NCBI GenBank assembly: GCA_963836075.1
Contig: CAWIIB010000001.1
Location: forward strand, 2,080,001 to 2,144,000
Reading direction: 5' to 3'
DNA length: 64,000 nucleotides
DNA from: an uncultured Acidobacteriota bacterium
GTDB taxonomy: Bacteria > Acidobacteriota > JAQAZP01
The position numbers and the translations under genes are program-made. The number at the start of each line of letters is the position of its first letter. Position 1 is the first letter of the stretch. The notes under the pieces were generated by a model. That model had not been told where the DNA came from and did no database searches. It saw only the letters and a program-made list of their open reading frames with translations. This document shows, piece after piece, positions 52,718 to 62,597 of the stretch.

Positions 52718-53269
52718 TCACCGTTTTCCGCCCCTTCGCGACCCGGAGCGGCGTCCCCGGGTGGGCACGTCGCCACCGCTGTCAAGCCGGACCAGGGTTG
52801 ACGATGTGTTGGCGTGGCAGACGGCCACGGCCAGGGCATCGCTGACGTCCAGCGGGGACGGCGCGACCTCCAGACAGAGCAGCATCATCACCATCTGCTG
52901 CACCTGGGCCTTGTCCGCCCGGCCCACCCCCACCACCGCTTTCTTCACCGAGAGCGGCGGGTATTCACTCACCGGAATGCCGCGGTCCGCGGCGGCGGCC
53001 ATCACCGCGCCGCGAACATGGGCCAGTTTGATTGCCGACTTGACGTTGCGGGCAAAGAAGATGTCCTCCAGGGCAACCGCATCCGGCCGGTGCTCGTCGA
53101 GGACCTGGCCAAAACGGCGAAATATTTCCAGCAGACGCTGTTCGAAAGGACCTTTTCGCGGCGGGGTCACCGCCTCGGAGTGCACGTGGTGCAGGGCCGA
53201 GCCCTCGGCCCGGATCAACCCGATACCGGTGACCGCGATACCCGGGTCGACTCCTGCGATGAGGGGCAT
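52718..53269 (-). CDS. ruvC: Crossover junction endodeoxyribonuclease RuvC
   Basis: GVDPG, ALEDIF, VKKAVVG.G.ADK.QV, DALAVAVCH. Confidence 0.96.
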   Translation of the reverse strand: MPLIAGVDPGIAVTGIGLIRAEGSALHHVHSEAVTPPRKGPFEQRLLEIFRRFGQVLDEHRPDAVALEDIFFARNVKSAIKLAHVRGAVMAAAADRGIPVSEYPPLSVKKAVVGVGRADKAQVQQMVMMLLCLEVAPSPLDVSDALAVAVCHANTSSTLVRLDSGGDVPTRGRRSGSRRGGKR

Positions 53270-53305
53270 CTGTCGTCCTGGACCGTTTTCCCGGCGGGAG
53301 CGCCG

Positions 53306-54043
53306 TCAGGTCAGCTGGCTCTCGTCGATGTCAAAGTTGGCAAAGACATTCTGCACGTCTTCGTGATCCTCGAACAGTTCGAGGATCCGGATCACCTGCA
53401 TGGCCTTCTTGCCCGACACTTCCACCGTGTTTTGAGGGATCATGGAAAGCTCGGCTTCCAGGGTCTCAACACCCTTGGCCTCCAGCGCCGTCTGGACATC
53501 GGGGAAGGCTTCGGGGCTGGTGAAGACCTCGAAGTTCTCCTCGTCGGCCTGCACGTCGTCGCCGCCGGCCTCCAGCACCAGTTCGATCAGGTCGTCTTCG
53601 GCAATGGCCGTGGAAGGGATGAGAAAGTAGCCCTTGCGATCGAACATCCAGGCCACCGAGTTGGCCGCGCCGAGGTTGCCGCCGTGCTTGTCAAAGAGGT
53701 GACGGATCTCCGGGGTGGTGCGGTTCTTGTTGTCGGTGAGCACTTCGATGATGATCGCCACGCCGCCCGGGCCATATCCCTCGTAGGTCCCTTCCTCGTA
53801 AGTTACGCCGGGAAGCTCGCCGGTGCCCTTCTGGATCGCCCGCTTGATGTTTTCGGCCGGCATGTTGGCCGTCTTGGCCGCCGCCAGGGCGCTGCGCAGG
53901 CGGGGGTTGCCGTCGGGGTCACCACCGCCCAGCCGGGCGGCCACGGTGATTTCCTTGATCACCCTGGTGAAAACCGCGCCCCGCTTGGCATCGGCCTTCC
54001 CCTTCTTGTGCTTGATGCTGCTCCATTTATTGTGGCCGGACAT
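53306..54043 (-). CDS. yebC: YebC/PmpR family protein
   Basis: MSGHNKWSSIKHKK, YEGYGPGG, TDNKNRT, DVQNV. Confidence 0.96.
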   Translation of the reverse strand: MSGHNKWSSIKHKKGKADAKRGAVFTRVIKEITVAARLGGGDPDGNPRLRSALAAAKTANMPAENIKRAIQKGTGELPGVTYEEGTYEGYGPGGVAIIIEVLTDNKNRTTPEIRHLFDKHGGNLGAANSVAWMFDRKGYFLIPSTAIAEDDLIELVLEAGGDDVQADEENFEVFTSPEAFPDVQTALEAKGVETLEAELSMIPQNTVEVSGKKAMQVIRILELFEDHEDVQNVFANFDIDESQLT

Positions 54044-54215
54044 GGGAGTTCTCCTTCAAAAGCGTGCAACCGGTAACTTGTTATAAACCCATATTTTACT
54101 ACAAGTTCATCGTCCGGTGGAAGAGGGCCGCAGCGCACCGGCGACCTTTCTCCCTGGTGACCCTGAGTATATACTACCGGACAACTTTCGATAAATACGC
54201 CCAGGGGAGCCGGAC

Positions 54216-55485
54216 ATGAAGAAGATGCTCCGTATCGTCACCATCCTGCTGTGCAACCTGGCCCTGCTCTTCCTGCTGCTGGAAGCGGCGGGTCTGGCCG
54301 TTTTCTATCGAACGGAGGGCGCGCTCTTCTACACCCGGACCACGGAAGAAGCCCCGGCCCAGCCGGCCGATCCCGGTGCGAGAATCTATTCCGAATATCG
54401 CTTCCAGCCCTACTGGGGGTTTTCCGCAAAACCGAACCGCAAGAGAGCCAAGGGCAAATATACCAACAACTACGGGTTCAGAGCCGACGTCGATTACCCG
54501 CTGCCCCGCAGCGATCGACGGCAGCTGATCATCGGCATCCTTGGCGGATCGGTGGGCGCCCAGTTCACCTGGTACGGTGGCGACCGGCTCAAGGAGGTGC
54601 TCTCCGCCGACCAGCGGTTCGCCGGCCGCGACCTGCTACTGCTCAGCTTCGCCGGCGGCGGCTACAAACAGCCGCAACAGCTGCAGATCCTGTCCTACTT
54701 CCTCTCCCAGGGCCAGGAGTTCGACCTGGTGATCAATATCGACGGCTTCAACGAGGTCGCCCTCTCACCCTTCAATCGCGGTTCGGGGCTGGCCCTGGCC
54801 ATGCCCAGCAGCCTGCACTTGCTGCCCCTGGTCAACCTGCTGGACAACTCCACGCTGACCCCCGAGCGGCTGCGTTCACTGTACCGGATCACCAGGCTTA
54901 AGGATCGGCTGAGCTCGGCCGCTTCCCGGAGGCGGGAAACCCGCAGTGCCGCGGTGCACCTGGTCCTGGACGTGTGGCACAAACGCCTCGACGCGGAATA
55001 CTCACGGGAAGTAAATCACTTTCAGAGCCTGGAGACCGAGGGGATGGCCACCTCCCTGATGGGTTTCGCCTCCCTGGAGAGCCAGGTGACCGATGTGGAA
55101 TCGATGTTTCACAACCTGGAGACCGGCTGGTCCGAGTCGTCCCTGCTGATGCACCAGATTCTCTCGGCCCGGGGAATCCCCTATTACCACTTCCTGCAGC
55201 CGAACCAGGTACTACACCGAACGGAGCTTCAGCCGGGAGGAGGAGGCGCTGGCCATCAAGGAGGAGTCCCTGGTGCGCGGTGACGCCGCCCGGGGCTACC
55301 CCCACCTGCAGGAGAAGGGCCTCTGGCTCCGGACGCAGGGCGTCAACTTCCACGACGCCACCGGCGTCTTCGACGACGAACCGGGAATCGTGTACGCCGA
55401 CAGTTGCTGCCACTACAGCCAGCTGGGCAACGAACTGCTGGCCGAATTCATCGCCGCCCGGGTCCTGGAAGACTGGCCCGAGTAA
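54216..55485 (+). CDS. Membrane-anchored SGNH-like hypothetical protein; apparent +1 frameshift at ~55209
   Basis: N-terminal TM helix, ILGGSV, GGYKQPQQ, IDGFNE. Removing one G in CAG-G-TAC gives FLQPNQYY and continues to YADSCCHYSQLGN. Confidence 0.75.
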
Positions 55486-58400
55486 TCATCTCACCGCAAT
55501 GGCATTTCCCCCGTGCGTAACGTTGCCGTCATAGGCTTCGAAGTCGATGGTGGTCATCGCCTCCGCGGTCCCGCCATCCACGTTCCAGCCCCGCACCATG
55601 CAGGTGTAGTCCTGCCCCGGTCCCGGAGCGGTGAGGATTTCGTCGAACTCGTCGCCGTCCAGGTCGCCGGCGCCCACCCGGGCGCCGTAGAGATAGCCGG
55701 GGTAGGCGATGAAGTTGACCCCGCCCATGGACGCGGCCGTTCCGCCATCCACGTTCCAGCCGCGGATGTGGGTAGCGAAGACCACACCGGGGCCCGGCCC
55801 GGTGACGATTTCGTCGAAACCGTCGGCGTCGAGGTCGCCGCAGGTGATGTTGACCCCGTATTTCAGTGTTCCGTAGGCGAAGAAGCTGACCCCGGGCATG
55901 GGGGCCACGGCAGCGCCGTCATAGTTCCACCCCCGGACGTGGGGCCCGTATACGGCCCCCGGCCCGGCGCCGGTGACGATCTCGTCGATCCCGTCACCAT
56001 CGATGTCGCCGCAGGCCACGTTGACCCCGTATTTCGGCGTGCCGTAAGCAAAATAGCTCACCGCGGGGATGGCGGACACGGCCACACCGTCGTGGTTCCA
56101 GCCGCGGACGTGGGGCCCGTAAACCGCACCGGGTCCGGCACCGGTGACGATCTCGTCGAACCCGTCGCCATCGATGTCACCGCAGGCCACGTTGACCCCG
56201 TATTTCGGTGTGCCGTAGGCGAAGAAACTGACATCACCCATCGGGCCGCCGGTGACCGACCAGCCGCGCACGTGGGGTCCGAAGACCGTACCAGGCCCCG
56301 GCCCGGTGACCAGGTCCAGCAGCCCGTCACCGTCGATGTCGCCACAGGCCACGTTGACCCCGTAACGGTCCACGCCGTATGCGGTGAACGAGGTCAGCGG
56401 CACCTCGGGAGAAAGGGCACTGAACAGCCGCACCTCGGGGGGATTGTCCGGGCCGGGCCCCGGACCGGTGATGATCAACGGGGCGGCTTCCGCCGAGACC
56501 ACGGCCAGCGCGTCCGGGCCGGGGCAGGCGGCCAGCACGGACCGGGCCGCCGGCGAGTAGGTGAAACTGCAGGGGCCGGCGGGCGTGGCATAGGCCACTC
56601 CACCCCAGTGGACGTGGCCGGCATCGTCGCCGGAGGCGCTGGTCAGGGCCAGCAGGCTACCCGCCTCGTCAAAGGCCACGTCTATCACGCTGCCGTAGGC
56701 CGAGAAGTTGTCAGTGCCCTGCACCGCGCCGGTGGCCGGCTCGACATGGAGCACGGTCCTGGCGGTCATTACGCCGATCCCGAACTGGTCCAGCGCCGGG
56801 TTCCAGGCCACCCGCAGCGGTGCGTCACCACAGCTGAAGGTGCCCACCACCGAAGAGGCGGCGCCGTCGACCCGCAGTATGGAGTAGCTGTCGGCAAAGT
56901 AGTTGGTCACCACCGCGTAATCCCCGGTGCCGTCAAAGGCCACCTGGACCGGGAAGTCACCCACGGTGAGCGAGGCCACCACGCTGTTGCTGGCGGTGTC
57001 GATGACCTTCACCTGGTCGTCAAAGGAGGCGGCCACCAGCACCTCGTCGCCATCGGGGCTGCAGGCCACGCCGCTGGAGACCCCGTAGGCGGCCCAGACC
57101 ACGCCGATCACCCCGCAGGGGATCTCGGCCACCTCGCTGGAGTCCGCGCCGTCCAGCTGCACCACCGAGATGGTGTTGGCCGAGATGTTGCCCACGTACG
57201 CCTGGCTGTCGTCGGGGGCCAGGGCCAGCACCCCGGGACGGCTGCCGCAGGGCACGTCGGCCACCACGCTGTTGGTCTGCAGGTCGACGATCTTCACCGT
57301 GCCGGTTTCGAAGGCGCAGATCACGGCCCACCTCGAATCGCTGGTGATCGCCACGTCCTGCACCCGGTCGCCGATGGGCAGCACCGCCTCCACCATGCCC
57401 GTGGTGAGGTCGATGATCGAGGCGTTGTCGGAAAGGACATTGGTGGCCACCGCCGTGGTCCCGTCGGGGCTCACGGCCACCCGCCGCGTGGCGTCCCCCT
57501 CCGGGTCGAGACCCGAGGGTGTGGAGCCGCGGTAGAGGGACCCGTCCAGCCCCGCGTAGTCGTAGAAATAGACGCTCTCGCTGAAGATGGGGTGGAAGGC
57601 GGCCACCCGGGTGCCCGCGCTGGAGACCGCGCCGTGGTCCAGCGCGTAGCCCTGGTACTGGCCGAGCAGCGACTCGGTGGCGAAGTCGAGGACCGAGAAG
57701 CGGTACTGCATGCCGATGGCCAGGCTGTGGTCCGGGGAGGTGCCGATGTCAAAGGGAGTGTAGGTGGAGGTGAGGATGGAGAAATCGCCGGTGCCGAAAC
57801 GGACAAAGGCGCTGCTGTTGTCGCTCACCCCCAGGTAGGCCTTGGCCCCGGTGTAGTCCACACCCACCGCGGTGGTGGAGAGCGAGTAGCCGGTGACCGT
57901 CACCGCGGCGTCCACCATGCGGCTGGCCAGGTCCACCCGGCGGGCCACCGTGGGGGTGGCGTATTCCACCAGCACCGCTTTCAGGCCGTCACCGGAGAGC
58001 CCGATGGCCGCCGCGTTGCCCATCCCGGTCACCGTGTAGTCCCTGGCCCCGGTGGTGGTGTTGATGAAGAAGAGATTGTCGTCCCGGTCAAAAGCAAGCA
58101 GGTGGTTGCCGTCGGGGGTGACCTCGAAACCGGTGAACTCCACACTGGTCCGGCCGCTCTCCGAACCCCAGGACCAGGAGAGGAGCGAGATGGGGTAGTC
58201 GGGGATCGACATCACGTGGGACAGCGTGTTGAGGTCGATCACCTCACAGACATCGTCGATGTCGCAGGCCACGTAGGCCCGGCTGTTGTCGGGGCTGATC
58301 CGCACCACCCAGGGCTGCTCGGCGGTGTCGAACACCGCGGCAGTGCTGTAGTCACTGAGGTCGATGACGTGCACCGTGTCGTCGAAGGCGCAGGCCACCA

Positions 58401-58785
58401 CCGCGTAGTCGTTGGTGGCCGCCACGCCCCCGGGATAGACGCCCACGTCCACATTGGCCAGGGCGGCCATGGTGGTCCAGTCGAAGACAGTGAGGTTCTC
58501 GGTGATCGAGTTGGTCACCAGCACCCGGCCGCCGTCGGGGGTGAAGGCGACGGCGCCCATGTAATCTCCCTCGGGTGCCGGCCCGGGGTCGATGGACCAG
58601 CTGGTCATGTTACGGCTGCCGCCACGGCCGGCCAGCACCTGGTCCGCGGTCTGGCCGGGCAGGGCCCAGGACCGGCGGATACCCGGTTCACCGTTCGGAT
58701 CGGCGAGCTTGAGCGCCTCATCGGCCTGGGTGGGAAACACAACGATCACCAGCAATAGAACGAGGGCAACTACACGGGGTCTCAT
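55486..58785 (-). CDS. Secreted YVTN/YncE-like beta-propeller protein with C-terminal FG-GAP-like repeat module
   Basis: GAGGAGGAG RBS; signal peptide; repeated P..VA.SPDG..A.V....D.V.VID blades; six GPHVR/DxDGDG repeats at 55486-56475. Confidence 0.9.
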   Translation of the reverse strand: MRPRVVALVLLLVIVVFPTQADEALKLADPNGEPGIRRSWALPGQTADQVLAGRGGSRNMTSWSIDPGPAPEGDYMGAVAFTPDGGRVLVTNSITENLTVFDWTTMAALANVDVGVYPGGVAATNDYAVVACAFDDTVHVIDLSDYSTAAVFDTAEQPWVVRISPDNSRAYVACDIDDVCEVIDLNTLSHVMSIPDYPISLLSWSWGSESGRTSVEFTGFEVTPDGNHLLAFDRDDNLFFINTTTGARDYTVTGMGNAAAIGLSGDGLKAVLVEYATPTVARRVDLASRMVDAAVTVTGYSLSTTAVGVDYTGAKAYLGVSDNSSAFVRFGTGDFSILTSTYTPFDIGTSPDHSLAIGMQYRFSVLDFATESLLGQYQGYALDHGAVSSAGTRVAAFHPIFSESVYFYDYAGLDGSLYRGSTPSGLDPEGDATRRVAVSPDGTTAVATNVLSDNASIIDLTTGMVEAVLPIGDRVQDVAITSDSRWAVICAFETGTVKIVDLQTNSVVADVPCGSRPGVLALAPDDSQAYVGNISANTISVVQLDGADSSEVAEIPCGVIGVVWAAYGVSSGVACSPDGDEVLVAASFDDQVKVIDTASNSVVASLTVGDFPVQVAFDGTGDYAVVTNYFADSYSILRVDGAASSVVGTFSCGDAPLRVAWNPALDQFGIGVMTARTVLHVEPATGAVQGTDNFSAYGSVIDVAFDEAGSLLALTSASGDDAGHVHWGGVAYATPAGPCSFTYSPAARSVLAACPGPDALAVVSAEAAPLIITGPGPGPDNPPEVRLFSALSPEVPLTSFTAYGVDRYGVNVACGDIDGDGLLDLVTGPGPGTVFGPHVRGWSVTGGPMGDVSFFAYGTPKYGVNVACGDIDGDGFDEIVTGAGPGAVYGPHVRGWNHDGVAVSAIPAVSYFAYGTPKYGVNVACGDIDGDGIDEIVTGAGPGAVYGPHVRGWNYDGAAVAPMPGVSFFAYGTLKYGVNITCGDLDADGFDEIVTGPGPGVVFATHIRGWNVDGGTAASMGGVNFIAYPGYLYGARVGAGDLDGDEFDEILTAPGPGQDYTCMVRGWNVDGGTAEAMTTIDFEAYDGNVTHGGNAIAVR

Positions 58786-58892
58786 CTTCTGCTCCTCCTC
58801 GATTGAGTGACGACAGTATGGCGGGGTGGGGCGGAATGGTAACCCGGGCCCCTGGCGAAGAATATCTTACCACGACAGGATCATGAGGAGGA

Positions 58893-60815
58893 TCAGCCGA
58901 CCATTTCCCGCAGCCGGGATTCGCACTCCCCGTCCACCAGGACCACCAGCCGGTTGCCGGCGGACAGAGAGGTGTCCGGGGAGGGATTGGTGCTGACCCC
59001 GTGCTCTCCGTGTACGGCCAGCACCGTGGCTCCGGTGACCCGGCGCAAATCCAGCTCGCGAATGCTGCGGCCGGCGGCAGGGCTGTCGGCGGCCACCTCC
59101 ACTTCAACCAGGCGCAGGCGCTCGCCAAAAGGCAGCAGTTCCCCCAACTCGGAAAGCTGGTCACTGGAGCGCAGGACTCCGTAATGCTGCCGCCGCAGCA
59201 TCATCTTTTCCTTGAGAATCGCCATCGGCGGCGCGCCGTAGATCTCCAGGGCACGGCCCACCAGCTCGAGGGAGGTCTCGAACTCCTCGGGCACCACCTG
59301 GTTTGCGCCAAGATCCTCCAGCGGCTTCACCTCACGGACAAAGCGGGTGCGGGCGATGATGGTCACACCGGGAGCCAGTCGCCGTGCCGCAGTCACAACC
59401 TCCCGGGTGGCCGCGGCGTCGGGGATGGCGACGATGACACCCCGTGCCGCGTGGACCCCGGCCGCCCGCAGCACCGACTCCCGCCCGGCGTCGCCATAGA
59501 CCGCAGGATCCCCCTGTTCCTCCAGCTCGCGCACGGTGTGGGGGTTGAGGTCCACCACCGCATGGGGCACTTCCAGCAGGCCCAGGGCACGGTGGACATT
59601 GCGGCCGTTGACACCGAAGCCGACGATCACCATGTGGTCCTCGAGGCCCACACCGGCACAGTCGATGCGGCAGTGGTCGGCGATCCGCCGGGCCCAGGCA
59701 TTGAGTCCGGGGGTGAGGATCATCGTCGGCACGGCAACAGCCAGGAACAGTTTCTGGTTCGATCCCGGGGGGATGCCCAGGCGCACGGCCTCCGCTGCCA
59801 CCACCACCGAGAACTCGCCGATCTGGCCCAGGCCCAGACCCACCGCGATAGCCAGTCGTGGATCACGAACCGCCGGCCAGATGGCCAGGGAGGCCAGCAG
59901 AGCCTTGCCGGCCACCACTGCCGCCACCAGGCCGAGGGCGACCAGCGGACGCGAGATCCAGACCGAGGGGTCGACCAGCATCCCCAGTGAAACGAAGAAG
60001 ACGCTGTTGAACACGTCGCGCAACGGGGTGATGTCGTCCACCATCCGGCTGACATACTCCGATTCCGAGACCACCATCCCGGCGAGAAAGGCGCCCAGGG
60101 CCATGGAGAGGCCGAACTGGCCGAAGACCAGGGCGGTGCCCACCGCCACCAGCACCGTGGTCAGCGTGAACAGCTCGCGGCTGCCGGCGGCCACCACCCG
60201 GGCGGCCAGGGCCGGGAAAACCACCCGCGCACCGAGAACGGTGATGGTGATGACAGCCAGCGCCCGGACCAGGAACCAGGCCACCTCGCCGGTGCTGCCC
60301 TGCTGACCGGCCAGCAGGGGCAGGGCCAGCATGATCGGGACCACCGCCAGGTCCTGCAGCAGGAGGATGCCGATCATCCCCCGCCCGAGGGGGCTCGAGG
60401 TCTGCCCCGACCCCTCCAGCAGGAACATCACCAGGGCGGTGGAGGAGAGGGCCACCACCATCCCCCAGACCACCGCCTCCACGCCCGGCCGCCCGAGAGC
60501 CAGGGCCACCCCGGCGGCCGCCGCCCCGGTGGCCGCCACCTGAAGCGTTCCCGAGCCGAACACCGTGCCCTTCATCCGCCAGAGGTCACTCAGCTTGATC
60601 TTCAGGCCTACGGTGAAGAGCAGCAGCATCACTCCCACCTCGGCCACCACCTCGATGGTGTGGCGGTTGGTGACCAGCCGCAGGCCGCCCGGTCCCACCA
60701 GGATGCCGACGAGGATAAACCCCACCACCGGCGGCAGGCGCAATTTGCGTAGCAAGAGGGCCGCCAGCACCGACCCGGCCATCACCACCACCAGCTCCAC
60801 CAGAACTTCGTGCAT
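58893..60815 (-). CDS. CPA2 cation:proton antiporter (KefC-like) with TrkA-N and TrkA-C domains
   Basis: [50 protein letters not shown]. Confidence 0.93.
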   Translation of the reverse strand: MHEVLVELVVVMAGSVLAALLLRKLRLPPVVGFILVGILVGPGGLRLVTNRHTIEVVAEVGVMLLLFTVGLKIKLSDLWRMKGTVFGSGTLQVAATGAAAAGVALALGRPGVEAVVWGMVVALSSTALVMFLLEGSGQTSSPLGRGMIGILLLQDLAVVPIMLALPLLAGQQGSTGEVAWFLVRALAVITITVLGARVVFPALAARVVAAGSRELFTLTTVLVAVGTALVFGQFGLSMALGAFLAGMVVSESEYVSRMVDDITPLRDVFNSVFFVSLGMLVDPSVWISRPLVALGLVAAVVAGKALLASLAIWPAVRDPRLAIAVGLGLGQIGEFSVVVAAEAVRLGIPPGSNQKLFLAVAVPTMILTPGLNAWARRIADHCRIDCAGVGLEDHMVIVGFGVNGRNVHRALGLLEVPHAVVDLNPHTVRELEEQGDPAVYGDAGRESVLRAAGVHAARGVIVAIPDAAATREVVTAARRLAPGVTIIARTRFVREVKPLEDLGANQVVPEEFETSLELVGRALEIYGAPPMAILKEKMMLRRQHYGVLRSSDQLSELGELLPFGERLRLVEVEVAADSPAAGRSIRELDLRRVTGATVLAVHGEHGVSTNPSPDTSLSAGNRLVVLVDGECESRLREMVG

Positions 60816-60948
60816 CGATTTTCACCTCTCCGGTTGGCCTGTCATTCTACCCGATGACCACCGGTTCATGCACGGTGTCGCCGCTGCGGTATGGGCACCA
60901 CCGCGGCAGAATGGTAGTATTGGTGCCGTTGTGACGGAAGGAGGCGAA

Positions 60949-62475
60949 TTGAAGAAGAAACGCATATTCACGTCCCTGTTCAACTGGATGCTGGAGTGGG
61001 TGGAAAAGATCGGCAATGCCCTGCCCCACCCGGCCACCCTTTTCGCCATCTTTGCGGTTACCACCATCCTCCTCTCCGGTGTGGCCAGCTATTTCGATTG
61101 GCAGGCGGTTCACCCTGGTGATGGATCGCTGATCGAGCCGGTGAACCTGATCTCCAAGGAAGGCCTGCACCGGATTCTGCTCAACCTGGTTCGCAACTAC
61201 ACCGATTTCGCTCCCCTGGGCATCGTGATGGTGGCCATGCTGGGCATCGGCATCGCCGAGAGCAGCGGCCTGATCAACGCCGGCATCCGCCTGCTGGTGC
61301 TTTCCGCTCCCAAACAGCTGCTGACGTTCATCCTGGTCTTTGCCGGCGTGCTGTCCAACATGGCCAGCGACATCGGCTACGTGCTGCTGATCCCCCTTGC
61401 CGGCATCATCTTCCTCGCCGTGGACCGCCACCCGGTGGCCGGGATGGCCGCCGCCTTCGCCGGCGTTTCCGGCGGGTTCAGTGCCAACCTCTTCATCGGC
61501 ACCATCGACCCGCTGCTGGCCGGGCTGTCCGAAGAGGCCGCGAGAATCCTCGATCCGGCCTACACGGTGAACCCCACGGCCAACTACTACTTCATGGTGG
61601 TATCCACCATCCTCATCTCGCTCACCGGGACATGGGTCACCGAGAAGATCGTGGTGCCGCGCCTGGGTGAATACAAGGGTGACGCCCCGAAAGAAAAAAT
61701 CGACAAGCTGACCCACGGGGAAAAGCGAGGGCTGCTGTATTGCCTGATCACTACAGTCGTGGTTCTGGTGGTCATCCTCATCGGCATCCTCCCCGAGAAC
61801 GGGCTTCTCCGGGCGGAGGACGGCGGCGTGCTCAACTCACCGCTGATCAAGGGCGTGGTGGCGCTGCTCTTCATCGTCGCCGGACTGATGGGCCTGGCTT
61901 ACGGTTTTGCCGCCGGAACCTTCAGAAGCGAAACCGACGTGGTCACCGGCATGTCCAAGGCAATGCAGACCCTGGGACTCTACCTGGTGCTGGTCTTTTT
62001 CGCCGCCCAGTTCGTCGCCTTCTTCAAGTGGTCGAACCTCGGGGTCATCATGGCGATCACCGGCGCCGACGTGCTGAAGGCCTCGGGGTTGGGGGTCATC
62101 CCGCTGATGATCATGTTCATCATCCTCTCGGCCTCGATCAACATGCTGATGGGCAGCGCCTCGGCCAAGTGGGCGCTGATGGCGCCGATCTTCATCCCCA
62201 TGTTCATGCTGCTGGGCTACTCCCCCGAGCTGACCCAGGTGGTCTACCGCATCGGCGACAGCGTCTCCAACCTCATCTCACCGATGATGAGCTTCTTCGC
62301 CCTGATCATCGCCTTTATCCAGAAGTACGACAGCAAGGCCGGCATCGGCACCATCATCGCCACCATGCTGCCATACTCCGTCGCCTTCTTCCTCGTCTGG
62401 ACCGCCCTGCTGATCACCTGGATCCTGCTCGGCCTGCCCCTGGGCCCCGGCGCCGGCCTGTACTACACGATGTAG
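60949..62475 (+). CDS. AbgT family transporter
   Basis: TTG start after AAGGAGG; [34 protein letters not shown]. Confidence 0.93.
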   Translation: MKKKRIFTSLFNWMLEWVEKIGNALPHPATLFAIFAVTTILLSGVASYFDWQAVHPGDGSLIEPVNLISKEGLHRILLNLVRNYTDFAPLGIVMVAMLGIGIAESSGLINAGIRLLVLSAPKQLLTFILVFAGVLSNMASDIGYVLLIPLAGIIFLAVDRHPVAGMAAAFAGVSGGFSANLFIGTIDPLLAGLSEEAARILDPAYTVNPTANYYFMVVSTILISLTGTWVTEKIVVPRLGEYKGDAPKEKIDKLTHGEKRGLLYCLITTVVVLVVILIGILPENGLLRAEDGGVLNSPLIKGVVALLFIVAGLMGLAYGFAAGTFRSETDVVTGMSKAMQTLGLYLVLVFFAAQFVAFFKWSNLGVIMAITGADVLKASGLGVIPLMIMFIILSASINMLMGSASAKWALMAPIFIPMFMLLGYSPELTQVVYRIGDSVSNLISPMMSFFALIIAFIQKYDSKAGIGTIIATMLPYSVAFFLVWTALLITWILLGLPLGPGAGLYYTM

Positions 62476-62597
62476 CCACATCGGGCGCAGCTGCCGATCG
62501 AACCGGTCACCATCCTTTGACGTAATATCTGTCAAGAACACAACCGAATCATCTGGCCCCTTGTCATTATTGCGATATGAAAAATCAGGAGGGAATC

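Noticed and set aside
49954-54043. yebC-ruvC-ruvA-ruvB-queA cluster
   Set aside because: Widely conserved housekeeping arrangement; this RuvC is the resolvase, not a Cas or transposon nuclease.
55513-58758. Very long antisense ORFs (also 41078-43897, 17438-19189, 10003-11478, 25237-27108)
   Set aside because: Shadows of high-GC codon usage opposite well-supported genes; no motifs.
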